The position numbers and the translations under genes were made by a program. Of a stretch of DNA of 64,000 nt, positions 42,420 to 52,135 are shown piece by piece (within the stretch, counting starts at the first letter, position 1; the number at the start of each line of letters is the position of its first letter). The stretch comes from Nitrososphaeraceae archaeon (GTDB lineage Archaea > Thermoproteota > Nitrososphaeria > Nitrososphaerales > Nitrososphaeraceae), in assembly GCA_035250975.1 (NCBI GenBank), contig DATFEP010000064.1, positions 40,226 to 104,225 of the forward strand, given 5' to 3'. The notes beneath the pieces are model-generated. The model was not told the origin of the DNA, did not search any database, and saw only the letters and a program-made list of their open reading frames with translations.

Positions 42420-42671
42420 ACGCTGAAAATCACTACAATTCGTTTAAAGATAGAAAAAGACCATGTTGATTAGCTAGTTCTGTTGACTATTAGATCGATT
42501 TCCAATGATGTGTTCTAAAACGATCAAAAAGAAGTTTTTAGAAAATTTTTCTGTTACTAGATTTCACAACATAAATAGATCCCATATTAAAATTTGATAA
42601 TAAAAATCAATTCACTTTTATCATAAATTAGCAAACAATAACTTAAATATCTATTCATAAGATCGTTATAA

Positions 42672-43274
42672 ATGCAAAATGAAAATAACAAAAATGAAAA
42701 AATAAACGTTGTAGGAATAAAGGTTTTGGAACAAAATGGAATTAATATAGATGAAATAACGAAATTATTGGTATATAACGCCTCAGTAGAATTTGCGGCT
42801 TATTACTATTTTACTAATTTAAGGATGCATTGTACAGGACAAGACGGAGAAAGTATTAAAGGAGTTATAGAGGATGCAAGATTAGAAGATTTAAGTCATT
42901 TTGAATCATCTTTGTCGAGAATATATGAATTGGGGGCAATACTACCTATTGATGCCCAAGATTTCATAAGGATGTCGGGTTGTGAATTCCTTCAACTCCC
43001 TTCGCCTAACAAAACAGATTTAAAAGAAATACTACAAAAATGTTTAAAAGCGGAGCAAGGAGCTATAGTAAATTGGAATAAGTTATGTAACCTAACTAAT
43101 GGTAAAGATCCTGCAACTTACGACATAGCCAAGGATATTCTACGAGAAGAGATTGAACATGAATCTTGGTTTTTAGAGTTACTGTATGCAAGACCATCAG
43201 GACATATGAGAAGGAAGTTTCCTGGAGAACGTCCTCACACGCATAAACACTCTAGATCATTAAATCTAGTATAA
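42672..43274 (+). CDS. DPS-like (DpsL) ferritin-family protein
   Basis: EFAAYYY, EDARLED..HFE, AEQGAI, EEIEHE..F..L, PSGH motifs. Confidence 0.88.
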   Translation: MQNENNKNEKINVVGIKVLEQNGINIDEITKLLVYNASVEFAAYYYFTNLRMHCTGQDGESIKGVIEDARLEDLSHFESSLSRIYELGAILPIDAQDFIRMSGCEFLQLPSPNKTDLKEILQKCLKAEQGAIVNWNKLCNLTNGKDPATYDIAKDILREEIEHESWFLELLYARPSGHMRRKFPGERPHTHKHSRSLNLV

Positions 43275-43569
43275 TGAGATAGCCGTAACACATCACAAGA
43301 TAATTATTACTTTTTTTATTAATTGTCATTTTTATCTACGTTGCTTGAGACAATAACTATTAACTTTTTATATTAAAGACACATATATTGAAATGAGTTC
43401 ACAAAAATTAAAAATATATTTTAGTATACACAATAATGAAAATATGTAAGACAGATTCAGTTTCAAGCCCTCCGAGCCTGTATACTAGTAGGGTTCAATA
43501 ACATTTTTTTAACTTGGAATTTAGCATGCTTATAGCAACATTAACAGTTTCTTTAATATAGATGCGAAT

Positions 43570-43749
43570 CTATGCTAATGAAGTATCTACTCTCAATCCA
43601 TCCAAAGAAAATTCTGAACCAATAAGTTCTAACCTAAAAAGAGATTGAATATTATTTTCACCAATTTTTTGAATACCCTTTTCTAAATCAAAATATACTT
43701 CATTTATTTGCGATAACCTGTTTTCTGTTTTTAGATTGAAAAGTATCAT
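43570..43749 (-). pseudogene. Truncated NucS-like/PD-(D/E)XK endonuclease N-terminus
   Basis: MILFNLK..FDLEKGIQKIGENNIQSLFRLELIGSEFSLDGLRVDTSLA-stop (59 aa); stops before the ExK motif. Confidence 0.5.
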
Positions 43750-44052
43750 ATACTAAAGAATTATTTGTGTATTTTTTAACCATTTCTACAGGATGAGGTT
43801 TGTTATATTTCAATTACAAACAAACAAGAATCAAAATATTTATTTCAAATTATAGATTGATTTACTTCAAAGAATCTCAACTTGCCAGGATAAGGAACAT
43901 ATAAATAACTGAATACAATTGTTTATTTTTATTTTTGTGGCTTCTTTGATATTCTTATTGAAATGTTCTTGTGATCTTATAATATGATTATCGATTTCCT
44001 GGAAGTATTGAATCATGTTTATTGACAGAATAATGAAGGAGAATTATCATCT

Positions 44053-45189
44053 CTATTTTATGGCAAGTACGTCTGTTTCTGGATAAAATGCAGCCCATTC
44101 AAACCAGAAACCTTGGTCCATAGGAAGTCTTTTTAATTGTCTATCTTGCAATTGTCCATTGATAAATTTACCATCAAAATTTAATTCACTGTCTGTTGTT
44201 CTATCTTTTAAAGTATTATTTGTTTCATTGTAAAATAAATCAACAACAATCTTCTTATTTCCTTCATTATAATCATAAATAACTCGATCAAAAACTCTAA
44301 CCATGAATGGTTCTAATGATACTAAAGCAATTTTTTTATCTTGTCCTATAACATCATTTATTACTTTTTTATTTTCTATATCTTGCAATTTGTAAGCTTT
44401 AAACTGATTTTTATTTCCTAATCCTATTATTATCTCTTTTAATCCTAATCTTTTATCATCATTAGTTACAGGAAACAAAATTAAATCATTAGTATAATAA
44501 TCTCCATATGGATCTGCTCCATATGGTCTAACTGATCCTGTATCTCTAGATAAAACTTTACTTTCAGGATATAATTTCTTCCACTCTTTCCAGTATGCAA
44601 TATCAAACGGAATTTTTTCTAATTTTATACCAGAATAAACTCCAACTATTCCTTCACCTATTGCTTGGCTCCATAATGAATTACTCTTTCTATCATACAT
44701 TACTAAATTACTATTATATAACTTGCCTGAGGTTCCAAATTCTACTGTGTTGCCATCAGATAAAGTACGATTGAATACTTGATTTGTAAAGCATAGGGGA
44801 CAATATGTAACTGCTACTGGTTTATCTCCTACTACATCATTTACAATTTCATGCCATACAAGAATCTGTAATGGATATGCTCTAATATCTCCATTTATAT
44901 TCAAACCAAGGACAAATTCTGAATCTTCTAAAATTTCATCTGCTTCTTGAACTGATCGAAATTTTGGATTATCTATTGATGGTATTCCATCTTGAGGTGG
45001 TCCACCACTAACAATTTTATCTAAGGGAACGGTATGCTTTATTTCTTGACCTAAAGATATTTTAAATATATTTTTTTCTTCGATTAAAAAGAAGATAGTA
45101 CTGTATAAAAACATAGAAAATGCTAATGAAATTATTAAGATTGAATTTAATTTTATTTTCTTCTTCTTATTATCATTCATGACATACAT
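44053..45189 (-). CDS. DUF3179 family protein (CxxC)
   Basis: GGPPQDGIPSID, AYP..IL.WHEIVND, TYCPLC, GTSGKLYNSNLVMYD, FWFEW. Confidence 0.88.
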   Translation of the reverse strand: MYVMNDNKKKKIKLNSILIISLAFSMFLYSTIFFLIEEKNIFKISLGQEIKHTVPLDKIVSGGPPQDGIPSIDNPKFRSVQEADEILEDSEFVLGLNINGDIRAYPLQILVWHEIVNDVVGDKPVAVTYCPLCFTNQVFNRTLSDGNTVEFGTSGKLYNSNLVMYDRKSNSLWSQAIGEGIVGVYSGIKLEKIPFDIAYWKEWKKLYPESKVLSRDTGSVRPYGADPYGDYYTNDLILFPVTNDDKRLGLKEIIIGLGNKNQFKAYKLQDIENKKVINDVIGQDKKIALVSLEPFMVRVFDRVIYDYNEGNKKIVVDLFYNETNNTLKDRTTDSELNFDGKFINGQLQDRQLKRLPMDQGFWFEWAAFYPETDVLAIK

Positions 45190-45203
45190 TTACCTCAAAA
45201 TAA

Positions 45204-45797
45204 TTATCTAGAATTTCCTTGTTGTTTATTTTCTAGTAGTATATTTTTATTTTTTAGAACCTCGAGATCTTTATATAACTTTAAAATAGACACTAGAGTT
45301 ATTAAAGATATTATTATTAGTCCAATATAAGATAAAATACTTGAATAGTTGATCATAAATACTGATACTCCATTTCCGAAAACTAATGGCAAATAAGAAA
45401 GTATAAAAAGCCAACTGCCACAGCATCCTAGTGGTACCAAAGAGAAAAATGAAAAAAAGGAACTTAATGCCGCTCCTAATCCATTTCCAGTACTTGAAGA
45501 ATGTAAGAAATCTTTTTTATTAACCTCACAATTACCACTACTGCTCTTGATCTTTTTTCTATATGATATTACAAATGTTTGAACTCCTGTGCCAACAGCC
45601 ATTCCAATAATTATAAAATAGTTTACTTGAAGTGCAGCTGATATTGATGCCGTAGCAGGCAGGTTAGGAGTTGTAAATACTACTATTAATAGATATGAAA
45701 TAATAGTTATAGAACTGACTATTACTCCCTTTAATATTGATTTTTTTATATTATTATTTAACTGTCTTAATTTATGTATCTGGTTTAAGCGAATCAT
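45204..45797 (-). CDS. 4-TM membrane protein with vicinal Cys pair
   Basis: Hydrophobic segments; VPLGCCGSW; 14 bp upstream of the DUF3179 gene. Confidence 0.7.
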   Translation of the reverse strand: MIRLNQIHKLRQLNNNIKKSILKGVIVSSITIISYLLIVVFTTPNLPATASISAALQVNYFIIIGMAVGTGVQTFVISYRKKIKSSSGNCEVNKKDFLHSSSTGNGLGAALSSFFSFFSLVPLGCCGSWLFILSYLPLVFGNGVSVFMINYSSILSYIGLIIISLITLVSILKLYKDLEVLKNKNILLENKQQGNSR

Positions 45798-45845
45798 AAT
45801 ATATATACAAATGTAAATAAAAAGATCTATTATTTAATGAGATAT

Positions 45846-45878
45846 TTCAATAGTTCAAAAATTACTTTAACAGTTTAA
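45846..45878 (-). promoter_or_regulatory. Tandem operator pair upstream of the TATA box
   Basis: Minus strand TTAAACTGTTAAA-N7-TTGAACTATTGAA-N7-ATTAAATA. Confidence 0.65.
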
Positions 45879-45949
45879 CTTTTAGATTTTGATAAAATAA
45901 AAAAAGTTGGGATTATAGGATACAACACCTTGTTTTGTTATTAATTTAT

Positions 45950-47056
45950 TTATTGTTTGCTCATGTGTTTTAGTACTGTTTGTTGATCAAAGAATGGACA
46001 ATTCACTACATGCTTTCCTTCCATAGCTGGAGCAATAGTCAATAATCCTTTTTCTCTTGCATCATTGAGATCAGATAGTGTCTGTAGTAATTTCGCTTCT
46101 GCAGGATTATTCCATTCTGCAAAATTTATTCTCCACATTGGACTATAGTTTTCATCAGTTGGACCAGCATGTCCAATACCCGGCTGAAATCCCATTGGTC
46201 CAGTACCGTTTATTCCATTTGTAAATTGCGTCAAATCTACGGCAGCAGATGTAGCCGCAAGTTTTTCATCAGAAGGAGAATAAACTACACCCATCATATT
46301 TGCAGGCATTTCTGGAGCAGCATCAGTTACTATGTAGTATATTGTATTACCATCTGGACCCCATCCCCTATGAGCAATGAAAGTCACTATCATATTTTCT
46401 GTATCAATCTTTGTAACTTGGCCTCCACCATATTCCGTTTCGTCATTTATTTCTCCCTGTTTAATTACTAGTTCTCCTCCATCCCATTTTACTGCTGGTT
46501 TGTTAACGATGATGGTTGATTTTTCTATTGTTATTTGGCCATCTTTTTCTGCTGTTATTATATCCTCGACCGATTTCAACTCTTGAGCATCTGCTTCATT
46601 TTTCCACTGAACCGTGTTAATCTGATATAATGGACTATATCCTTCGTCTCCTGGCTTTGCATTCAATACTGGCAATTGGAACCCAAATGATCCATCGCCT
46701 TTAATTCCATTTTTAAAAGCATAAGCTTGACCCAAGCTTTCGGCAGGAGTGTTTGCTACTGCTGATGCTACATTTGCCTTAAATCCAGTAATATTGGTTA
46801 TCAACTCAGCAGTTTTTTTATCCGACGCATCAGTTGCTATTACAAAAATATCATTTCCATTTACATATCCTTTCATAAGAGGAATATCAATTTGTACATT
46901 TGCTGAAGCTAATTTTAATACTGAACCTGGATCAGTTTGAGCGTATGCATGTTTTGTTGTTAACGGACCTGCAATCACTAGCGTTGAACCAAGAATTGCA
47001 AATGTTGTTATGATTGAAAAAATTTTTAGATTCTTTTTTTCTAGTATGTTATTCAT
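45950..47056 (-). CDS. Secreted protein with two internal repeats (YSP-W/Y motif)
   Basis: Signal peptide; repeats IATDAS..F.NG..G.G..GFQ..YSPLY..VN.P and IVTDAA..F.NG..G.GP.GFQ..YSPMW..VNCP. Confidence 0.75.
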   Translation of the reverse strand: MNNILEKKNLKIFSIITTFAILGSTLVIAGPLTTKHAYAQTDPGSVLKLASANVQIDIPLMKGYVNGNDIFVIATDASDKKTAELITNITGFKANVASAVANTPAESLGQAYAFKNGIKGDGSFGFQLPVLNAKPGDEGYSPLYQINTVQWKNEADAQELKSVEDIITAEKDGQITIEKSTIIVNKPAVKWDGGELVIKQGEINDETEYGGGQVTKIDTENMIVTFIAHRGWGPDGNTIYYIVTDAAPEMPANMMGVVYSPSDEKLAATSAAVDLTQFTNGINGTGPMGFQPGIGHAGPTDENYSPMWRINFAEWNNPAEAKLLQTLSDLNDAREKGLLTIAPAMEGKHVVNCPFFDQQTVLKHMSKQ

Positions 47057-47094
47057 TGATTAAAAAAATAAAAATGATCTATAAAAATGGATAC

Positions 47095-47127
47095 TTGAAC
47101 CATTAAATTAAAAGTTGAACATTTGAA
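47095..47127 (-). promoter_or_regulatory. Tandem operator pair upstream of the TATA box
   Basis: Minus strand TTCAAATGTTCAA-N7-TTTAATGGTTCAA-N7-TTTTTATA. Confidence 0.7.
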
Positions 47128-47471
47128 TTTTTCTTTACTGTCTAACGACAGGTCCTAAACAAAATTGAGAATATATAAAAGCAGATCGAATTAGTTAATG
47201 CAATATGTATTTTCGTGGTGAATGTATCGTAAATTGATTCTTATAATCAATATAAAATAGTAAAAGTTGGTTTTAAAATAATCTCTACCCTGATTTTTGA
47301 TAAATTGGTATTAATTTATTCTCCTGTGTGAGAAAAATACTATATTTTTCAATTTATAAAATTATCTATTTCAAAAATTTCCAAAATTGGGAAATTTATC
47401 AAGAAATTATTATTGGAAAAAGAATAAGAATCCAAACATCTGTAATTTCTTAACTATTAACATATCATTTT

Positions 47472-49430
47472 TTATTTTTCTCCATGTTCTGTTCGAGTTT
47501 TTAGTCTCGTTATGTCTCTTTTGAAGAATAGATCTATAAACCAGTCCAACATTACTCTCAATTTTCTTTCAGTAGTTGGAAGATTTCCCCAGTAATATAG
47601 TCGCCAGAATATCCATCCAATAAAACCATGAATTTTGTGTCCAAATACTAAACCTACACCATTTCTTTTTCCTACAAGAGCCATCATACCTTTAGTTTTG
47701 TAGTTAAAAACTAATTCTTCTTTCTTCTTGTTTTTCTTTGAGTATATTTCATTAATTATGTTGTTAGATACTATTTTAGCTGCCCTTAATGCATGCTGAG
47801 CTGTAGGTGGATATGGTTTTCCAGTATTAGGGTCGATTATAAAAGCACAATCTCCTAGTGCAAAAATATTTGTATATCCATTTACTTTTAGGTGTTCGTT
47901 AGTAATTATTTTTCCTGATTTATCATGTTCGCAATTTAAATTGCTTATAATGTTATTCGGTTTAACTCCTCCCGCCCAAATTACTGTATCACTGCATATT
48001 CTCTCTTCATCGTTTAATAATACATAATTCTCATCTATCTCTTTAACTCTTTTATTTAAGATAATTTGAACTCCATTTTTTTCGAGTTTGTTTAGAGTAA
48101 ATTCTGATAAATCATCTGAGACTTCTGGTAAAATTCGTGAACCAGAATTTATCAATATTATTTTAATATATTTGATATCAATGTTGTGATAATACTGTTT
48201 AACAGAATCACGAACAAAATCATTTAATTCTCCAACAGTTTCTATACCAGAAAAGCCGCCTCCCACCACTACAAATGTCATTAATCTTTTTTGTAATTCT
48301 ATATTTTCATATTCCATATCAGCTTGCTCAAGCATATTTATAACATGATCTCGCAATAACAACGCATCACCAATAGTCTTTATGGTGAATGCATTTTTAG
48401 ATGCACTTTCTATGTCAAAAAAATTGGTTTCTCCTCCAAGCGCTAAAACTAGATAATGATATTTTAGAACTTTGATTTTACTGTTTGATAAATTGGAATA
48501 CTTACCTATGTTATATCTAATGCTTACTTCCTTTTCTTCAAGATTTATAGAATCAATATTTGCCTCATAAAATCTAGCTCTTTTACAAAATGACCTAATA
48601 GGTGTAATTATATGTCTTGTCTCTATTGCACTTGCAGCTACTTCTGGGAGCATAGGCGTGAAGAGAAAAAAATTATCTCTACTTACAATTGTTATATCTA
48701 TATCAATTTGATCTTGAAATTCCTTTTGTAACTGTTGTAATATTTTTATTCCAGCAAATCCACCACCCAAAATCACTATCCTTTTTAGTTCTATTGGTTT
48801 GGTGCCATGTATTAGTTCAGCATGTTTTTGATATGAATCAATTCTACCTAAAGATATATCGCACTTTGCACACCTATATCGAGTACCAAATTTTATAGAA
48901 AGGCTAGAAGAAACAAGACCTACAGTAATACCAAAAATGAGGTGGGTAACTAGAGAACCTATCAAAACAGTTGTCAATTGTGATGAAAGTTCTGATTCAA
49001 TCAGTTCTTTTTCATAATTAGTGGATTCCTGGAGCATACTTATTGTTTCAGGAGATAGAACAAATTGATATACTGGTATAAAGAAAACTATGAATACTAC
49101 AGTACCAGCAAAAATTCCATATATTATTCCATTGGATGGCTTACTAATATTTAATATGCCAGTTTTATACAAAAAGATGCCTACCACAACTCCTATTGAA
49201 ATAGCAGTTAACATATGTATCCCTATACCAGCTAATATTGCATCTGATGAATATACTCCAATTACATGTCCAAAAACTATCCATGATAAGTAATAAGGCA
49301 TTCCCATTACTACTTCAAAAATTGTTTTAGGAATAACAAAAACGACTGCACCTGCAATAGCGCCAACTACTACAAAAAATATTTCTCTCTTTAGAGAAAA
49401 ATCTATTTTTACTTTAGTATAATTGCTCAT
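47472..49430 (-). CDS. Type II NADH dehydrogenase-like flavoprotein with N-terminal membrane domain and C2H2 finger
   Basis: ILGGGFAG, FTPMLPEV, VVGGGFSGIE, WAGG, ALGDCA, PPTAQHA; about 4 N-terminal TMs; CAKC-x12-H-x4-H. Confidence 0.85.
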   Translation of the reverse strand: MSNYTKVKIDFSLKREIFFVVVGAIAGAVVFVIPKTIFEVVMGMPYYLSWIVFGHVIGVYSSDAILAGIGIHMLTAISIGVVVGIFLYKTGILNISKPSNGIIYGIFAGTVVFIVFFIPVYQFVLSPETISMLQESTNYEKELIESELSSQLTTVLIGSLVTHLIFGITVGLVSSSLSIKFGTRYRCAKCDISLGRIDSYQKHAELIHGTKPIELKRIVILGGGFAGIKILQQLQKEFQDQIDIDITIVSRDNFFLFTPMLPEVAASAIETRHIITPIRSFCKRARFYEANIDSINLEEKEVSIRYNIGKYSNLSNSKIKVLKYHYLVLALGGETNFFDIESASKNAFTIKTIGDALLLRDHVINMLEQADMEYENIELQKRLMTFVVVGGGFSGIETVGELNDFVRDSVKQYYHNIDIKYIKIILINSGSRILPEVSDDLSEFTLNKLEKNGVQIILNKRVKEIDENYVLLNDEERICSDTVIWAGGVKPNNIISNLNCEHDKSGKIITNEHLKVNGYTNIFALGDCAFIIDPNTGKPYPPTAQHALRAAKIVSNNIINEIYSKKNKKKEELVFNYKTKGMMALVGKRNGVGLVFGHKIHGFIGWIFWRLYYWGNLPTTERKLRVMLDWFIDLFFKRDITRLKTRTEHGEK

Positions 49431-49908
49431 TATAAAATATCAGCCTCCTTACAAATTGTTTATTAATTTTCATGAACTTGTATTTATATTTGGATACAAA
49501 CATTGCGAAAAACCAACCAATTCAATGAGCCGAACTTTAATTTGATACCCGTATCATATTTTTTTATATTAGTGTGATTAATTATCAATAATTTTATCCT
49601 GAATAAGTAGAATATATGTATCTGCTTTAATTATTAAAGAAAAAATTAAAAGATTAAAGAAAAATTACTGTATGAATATGCTGGGGATAATTTCATCCAT
49701 TAAAGTCTATTTTCTACAAAATTTTATGTTTGATGATGAAATGACTAATTACTCCAATAAGAATAAAACAAATAAATATCAACGACAGGAAAACAAATCC
49801 ATATTCAATTACAAATAATTTTGGTATAGTGAATCTTTTCATATTCATTTTTTTTATTGTTATAAGATTCTATTATTTTAAAGATCCATAGAATATTATT
49901 AGATTACC

Positions 49909-49941
49909 TAAAACGGTTCAATTTATTCATTAACGGTTAAT
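49909..49941. promoter_or_regulatory. Tandem operator-like pair (a weaker second pair lies at 49973-50005)
   Basis: TAAAACGGTTCAA-N7-ATTAACGGTTAAT. Confidence 0.45.
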
Positions 49942-50076
49942 CAAAGATAATCAAAAATTGAGATGATAGCAACTTAACGAGTTCTCTTTGTTTTTAAATG
50001 TTAAGAGAATATGAAATAGTCACATCTAGGTATTAATTCTCATCTTATTTTCATAACAAATGAATTAATTAAAGAA

Positions 50077-50745
50077 TTATTGTTTATCCAAAGTGCTGTT
50101 TATTAAAAGTTTTCCCAGTGTGGTTATCGTAACTGAGATTTTATTGCGATCTCCTTTTTCTACATCCGCTAGACCTAATTCAGCAAGTCCCTTTGCTTCT
50201 CTTGAGCCTTGTATATGATAACTTAAAAGCGGTTTTCCAAATCCAGAAATTTTTTCTAACTGGTCAAAACTTTCAACATTACCGCCTGCACTATCTAAAG
50301 CTACAAGAATTTTTTTCTTTGCATCTGATATAATCTCATTATAGCTAAGTTTCAAAACAGGCATCATAAGCGGATTTGTATGAGTGTAATCCATTCCAAA
50401 TGCTTTTACACCGTGTATAAAAGCTGTAGAAAGCGCAGCACAACCTAGTAATTTATCTCCACAGCTGACATTCATCAATATATCATCAAATTCTTTACCA
50501 TGTATTTGCAATACCTCGTTTATTTGATCCATCGTGTCCCTTATTACATTCTCTTTGGCAACTAAGGTAATCGTTATGGGAAGACCTAGTATACTTTTAA
50601 TCCTTCTTGAAAAGTCTTCTGCTTTACTTTTATCCTCATGAAAGCACAGTAATACAAGCTTGTGAATTGGAAATGTTTTGATCCCAAATGCTATTGCATC
50701 TTGGCCATCTGTACCAAATGTCGCGATCTGCAGAGTTTTCATCAT
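50077..50745 (-). CDS. CARF-like + winged-HTH transcriptional regulator (Csa3/DUF6293-like); start probably MMKTLQ at 50745
   Basis: Rossmann-like N-terminus (IATFG, NVSCGDK), wHTH C-terminus (KKKIL..L..LSYHI..L.ELGL....T.LG). Confidence 0.8.
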   Translation of the reverse strand: MMKTLQIATFGTDGQDAIAFGIKTFPIHKLVLLCFHEDKSKAEDFSRRIKSILGLPITITLVAKENVIRDTMDQINEVLQIHGKEFDDILMNVSCGDKLLGCAALSTAFIHGVKAFGMDYTHTNPLMMPVLKLSYNEIISDAKKKILVALDSAGGNVESFDQLEKISGFGKPLLSYHIQGSREAKGLAELGLADVEKGDRNKISVTITTLGKLLINSTLDKQ

Positions 50746-50785
50746 TATAATTTTTAGTAGATTTATCATGCTTATAAGACATATC

Positions 50786-50817
50786 TTTAATGATTCTATT
50801 TTGTCTTAAACGTTAAA
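50786..50817 (-). promoter_or_regulatory. Autoregulatory operator pair of the CARF-wHTH gene
   Basis: Minus strand TTTAACGTTTAAG-N6-TAGAATCATTAAA-N7-CTTATAAG. Confidence 0.55.
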
Positions 50818-50924
50818 ATATTGATATAACTTTTTGTTTTTATTTAATCGTAGAATATTTTATGAAATATCTAATCATGCCATAAACCTTTAAAATAATG
50901 GTGTTTATGATCTGTTTTTGATTT

Positions 50925-51101
50925 CTAGAAATTCTGACTCTTAACGTTCTCACTACTATCATTTTTTCTTTTCTTTAGAACCTCTTTTAGTATTTTTTTT
51001 ACTTTTATTCTTTGTCTAAGGTTCTGTATTGCTTTCATCATTATAGGACTAAGAATAATCCCTAAAATCATACCTAAAGTCATATCAATTATTGATACCA
51101 C
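50925..51101 (-). CDS. Small single-TM protein (58 aa, below ORF cutoff)
   Basis: GTG-VSIIDMTLGMILGIILSPIMMKAIQNLRQRIKVKKILKEVLKKRKNDSSENVKSQNF; TM followed by a basic helix. Confidence 0.5.
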   Translation of the reverse strand: MVSIIDMTLGMILGIILSPIMMKAIQNLRQRIKVKKILKEVLKKRKNDSSENVKSQNF

Positions 51102-51249
51102 GTTAAAATATAGAAACTACCTGATATACATAAGTAATTCTCTTTTATTGTAAATCACATCAGCTATCTCAAGTTTACTTTCATTCCTAAAGAGTCTCAA
51201 AAATTGACAGATAATTCTTACTGAAATATTAAAAATCAAATAATAAAAA

Positions 51250-51981
51250 GGCTCTGTTAACTTAAGATAACTTCACCTCCATTAAACTCAAAATTAAAAT
51301 CATTACATGTTGTTCTAACACTATTATACATAGAAACAAAGAATTGTATCCAATTATATACATGAAATAGATTACATTCATTTTCTTTTTGAATACAAGG
51401 ATAATAGTCATCAAATCCTTCAGTTCTATCCTTAAAATACTGATTGACTCTTTCCATCAAATGTTTCTCAAATGGTGAATGTAGATGATGTTTTAATCCA
51501 ATTACATTGCATGCTTGTGGATACCATGTACCACCATCAGTATAAACTGGATGTCTTCCATACATTTGAACCAGGGATCTAATGAATTTTTCAGCAACAA
51601 ACATGTTTCTCTCTTCTGAAATGTATATTCCAAGCACGAGACTGTGTATTGGTTCTATACAAAACCATAACCAAAAGTGTTGATTACCAATCTGAATAAT
51701 GGTTTCATCTATTATAAAGGCAGATACTCTTCTGCGTCGGTATGTCTCATATGAGGCAAATCTCTGAATCCAATTCCATACAGAAACATGACTTCTTTTT
51801 TCGTCCTTGAAAATTATTAATGCCATAGAAGCATTACGTAGACTCAAACCAAGAAAATAAAGATAAAGAGAGTACATTACAATAATAGTAGATGTTTTAT
51901 TTCTTTCAAATTTAATTTTCATATAATAGATAAGATGTTCTTATCTATAGCTTTTACTGCTTAACTTAACTTAACACAGCC
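51250..51981 (-). mobile_element. IS6-family insertion sequence (732 bp)
   Basis: Terminal inverted repeats GGCTCTGTTAACTTAAG / GGCTGTGTTAAGTTAAG (15 of 17 match) flank a DDE transposase; no target duplication seen. Confidence 0.88.
51257..51922 (-). CDS. IS6 DDE transposase
   Basis: GLSLR..SHVSVWNW, IIDET, YTDGG..Y, ER.NQYFKDRT. Confidence 0.9.
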   Translation of the reverse strand: MKIKFERNKTSTIIVMYSLYLYFLGLSLRNASMALIIFKDEKRSHVSVWNWIQRFASYETYRRRRVSAFIIDETIIQIGNQHFWLWFCIEPIHSLVLGIYISEERNMFVAEKFIRSLVQMYGRHPVYTDGGTWYPQACNVIGLKHHLHSPFEKHLMERVNQYFKDRTEGFDDYYPCIQKENECNLFHVYNWIQFFVSMYNSVRTTCNDFNFEFNGGEVILS

Positions 51982-52067
51982 TCTTTGTCAATGAACTAAA
52001 TTAATACGTAAAAAGAAATTTTCCTTGCATCCGAACCATTTGAATAACAACTCGTTTATGGAATAAA

Positions 52068-52100
52068 TTTAACAATCAAAGAAGATCTTTAATGATTTTA
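52068..52100 (+). promoter_or_regulatory. Tandem operator pair upstream of the TATA box
   Basis: TTTAACAATCAAA-N7-TTTAATGATTTTA-N7-CTTTTATC. Confidence 0.6.
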
Positions 52101-52135
52101 GGAAATTCTTTTATCTATTTTTTTAAAAGGACTAA

